The position numbers were made by a program, and so were the translations under genes. This document shows, one piece after another, positions 63,832 through 64,000 of a stretch of 64,000 bases of DNA; the first letter of the stretch is position 1, and each line of letters begins with the position of its first letter. Below the pieces are notes generated by a model, which worked only from the letters and a program-made list of their open reading frames with translations, was not told the origin of the DNA and did not search any database. The DNA lies in the NCBI GenBank assembly GCA_050303855.1, contig JBNLCO010000004.1:7581-71580 (forward strand), in the 5' to 3' direction. This stretch comes from Candidatus Pacearchaeota archaeon (GTDB lineage Archaea; Nanobdellota; Nanobdellia; Pacearchaeales; GW2011-AR1).

Positions 63832-64000
63832 TTCTTTTTCATTGCTTTCATAAGAACAAGTACTAGAACTGCCACAAGGAATGCAAGCGCTATAAATCCT
63901 AAGATTATACTTACAACCCCAAAGAATTGTTCATATAGTGTATTTCCAGATACAGTGTATATTAAGTAGGAAACCATTGATAGGATTACGAATAATAATA
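63828..64000 (-). CDS. membrane protein, C-terminal fragment (continues past window end)
   Basis: My translation is ..LLFVILSMVSYLIYTVSGNTLYEQFFGVVSIILGFIALAFLVAVLVLVLMKAMKKK*. Confidence 0.5.
   Translation of the reverse strand, partial: LLFVILSMVSYLIYTVSGNTLYEQFFGVVSIILGFIALAFLVAVLVLVLMKAMKKK

Noticed and set aside
1-64000. CRISPR arrays, rRNA genes, IS transposases
   Set aside because: I saw no regularly spaced direct repeats of 25-40 nt, no rRNA-like GC-rich tracts longer than about 150 nt, and no DDE or IS200-type transposase ORFs in any frame.

Overview
This is an AT-rich archaeal chromosome segment. The archaeal assignment rests on aIF5B, uS10, Elp3, two-subunit archaeal PheRS, ThrRS with the archaeal N-terminal editing domain, an Rpp30-like protein and DUF357. 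A DPANN-like small-genome origin is only my inference. Most of the window is housekeeping: SerRS, ThrRS, PheRS, Dus, adenylate kinase, a cation antiporter, a P-type ATPase, HtpX, a Csp plus DEAD-box helicase pair, a glycan-metabolism cluster, and tRNA-Asp and tRNA-Thr. Two accessory regions stand out. (1) About 15.4 kb immediately 3' of tRNA-Asp(GUC) (11817..27177) looks like a tandem array of integrated elements, because the tRNA 3'-end core CGGTCGG(GG) recurs three more times in direct orientation. It carries a tyrosine integrase, a 698-aa protein with a FokI-type cleavage domain, a zinc-ribbon/PD-(D/E)XK protein and a small wHTH protein. It also carries a tightly coupled four-gene operon (Type III mod, HEPN protein, Type III res, 3-TM protein), a rolling-circle Rep with an RHH partner, several membrane proteins, a truncated second integrase and a DUF3800 protein. 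The mod-HEPN-res-TM operon and the orphan FokI-like nuclease are my best candidates for an undescribed defence arrangement. (2) A 1.2-kb integrase-less insertion sits at the 3' end of tRNA-Thr(GGU), flanked by a 13-nt direct repeat, and encodes a 363-aa protein with an Rx4H HEPN-like motif. Directly after the last att-like copy lies an NrtR-associated NAD salvage / ADP-ribose cluster (pncB, pncA-like, nadE, Nudix, ADP-ribosylglycohydrolase, nadK, nrtR) with GT-N7-AC palindromes upstream. Other notable items are an intein in the aIF5B P-loop, three tandem UUCG-capped hairpins, an unassigned GC-rich structured-RNA candidate, a frameshifted ORF and a split histidine kinase. I saw no CRISPR array and no rRNA. 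All functional calls come from motif recognition by eye, with no database searches.
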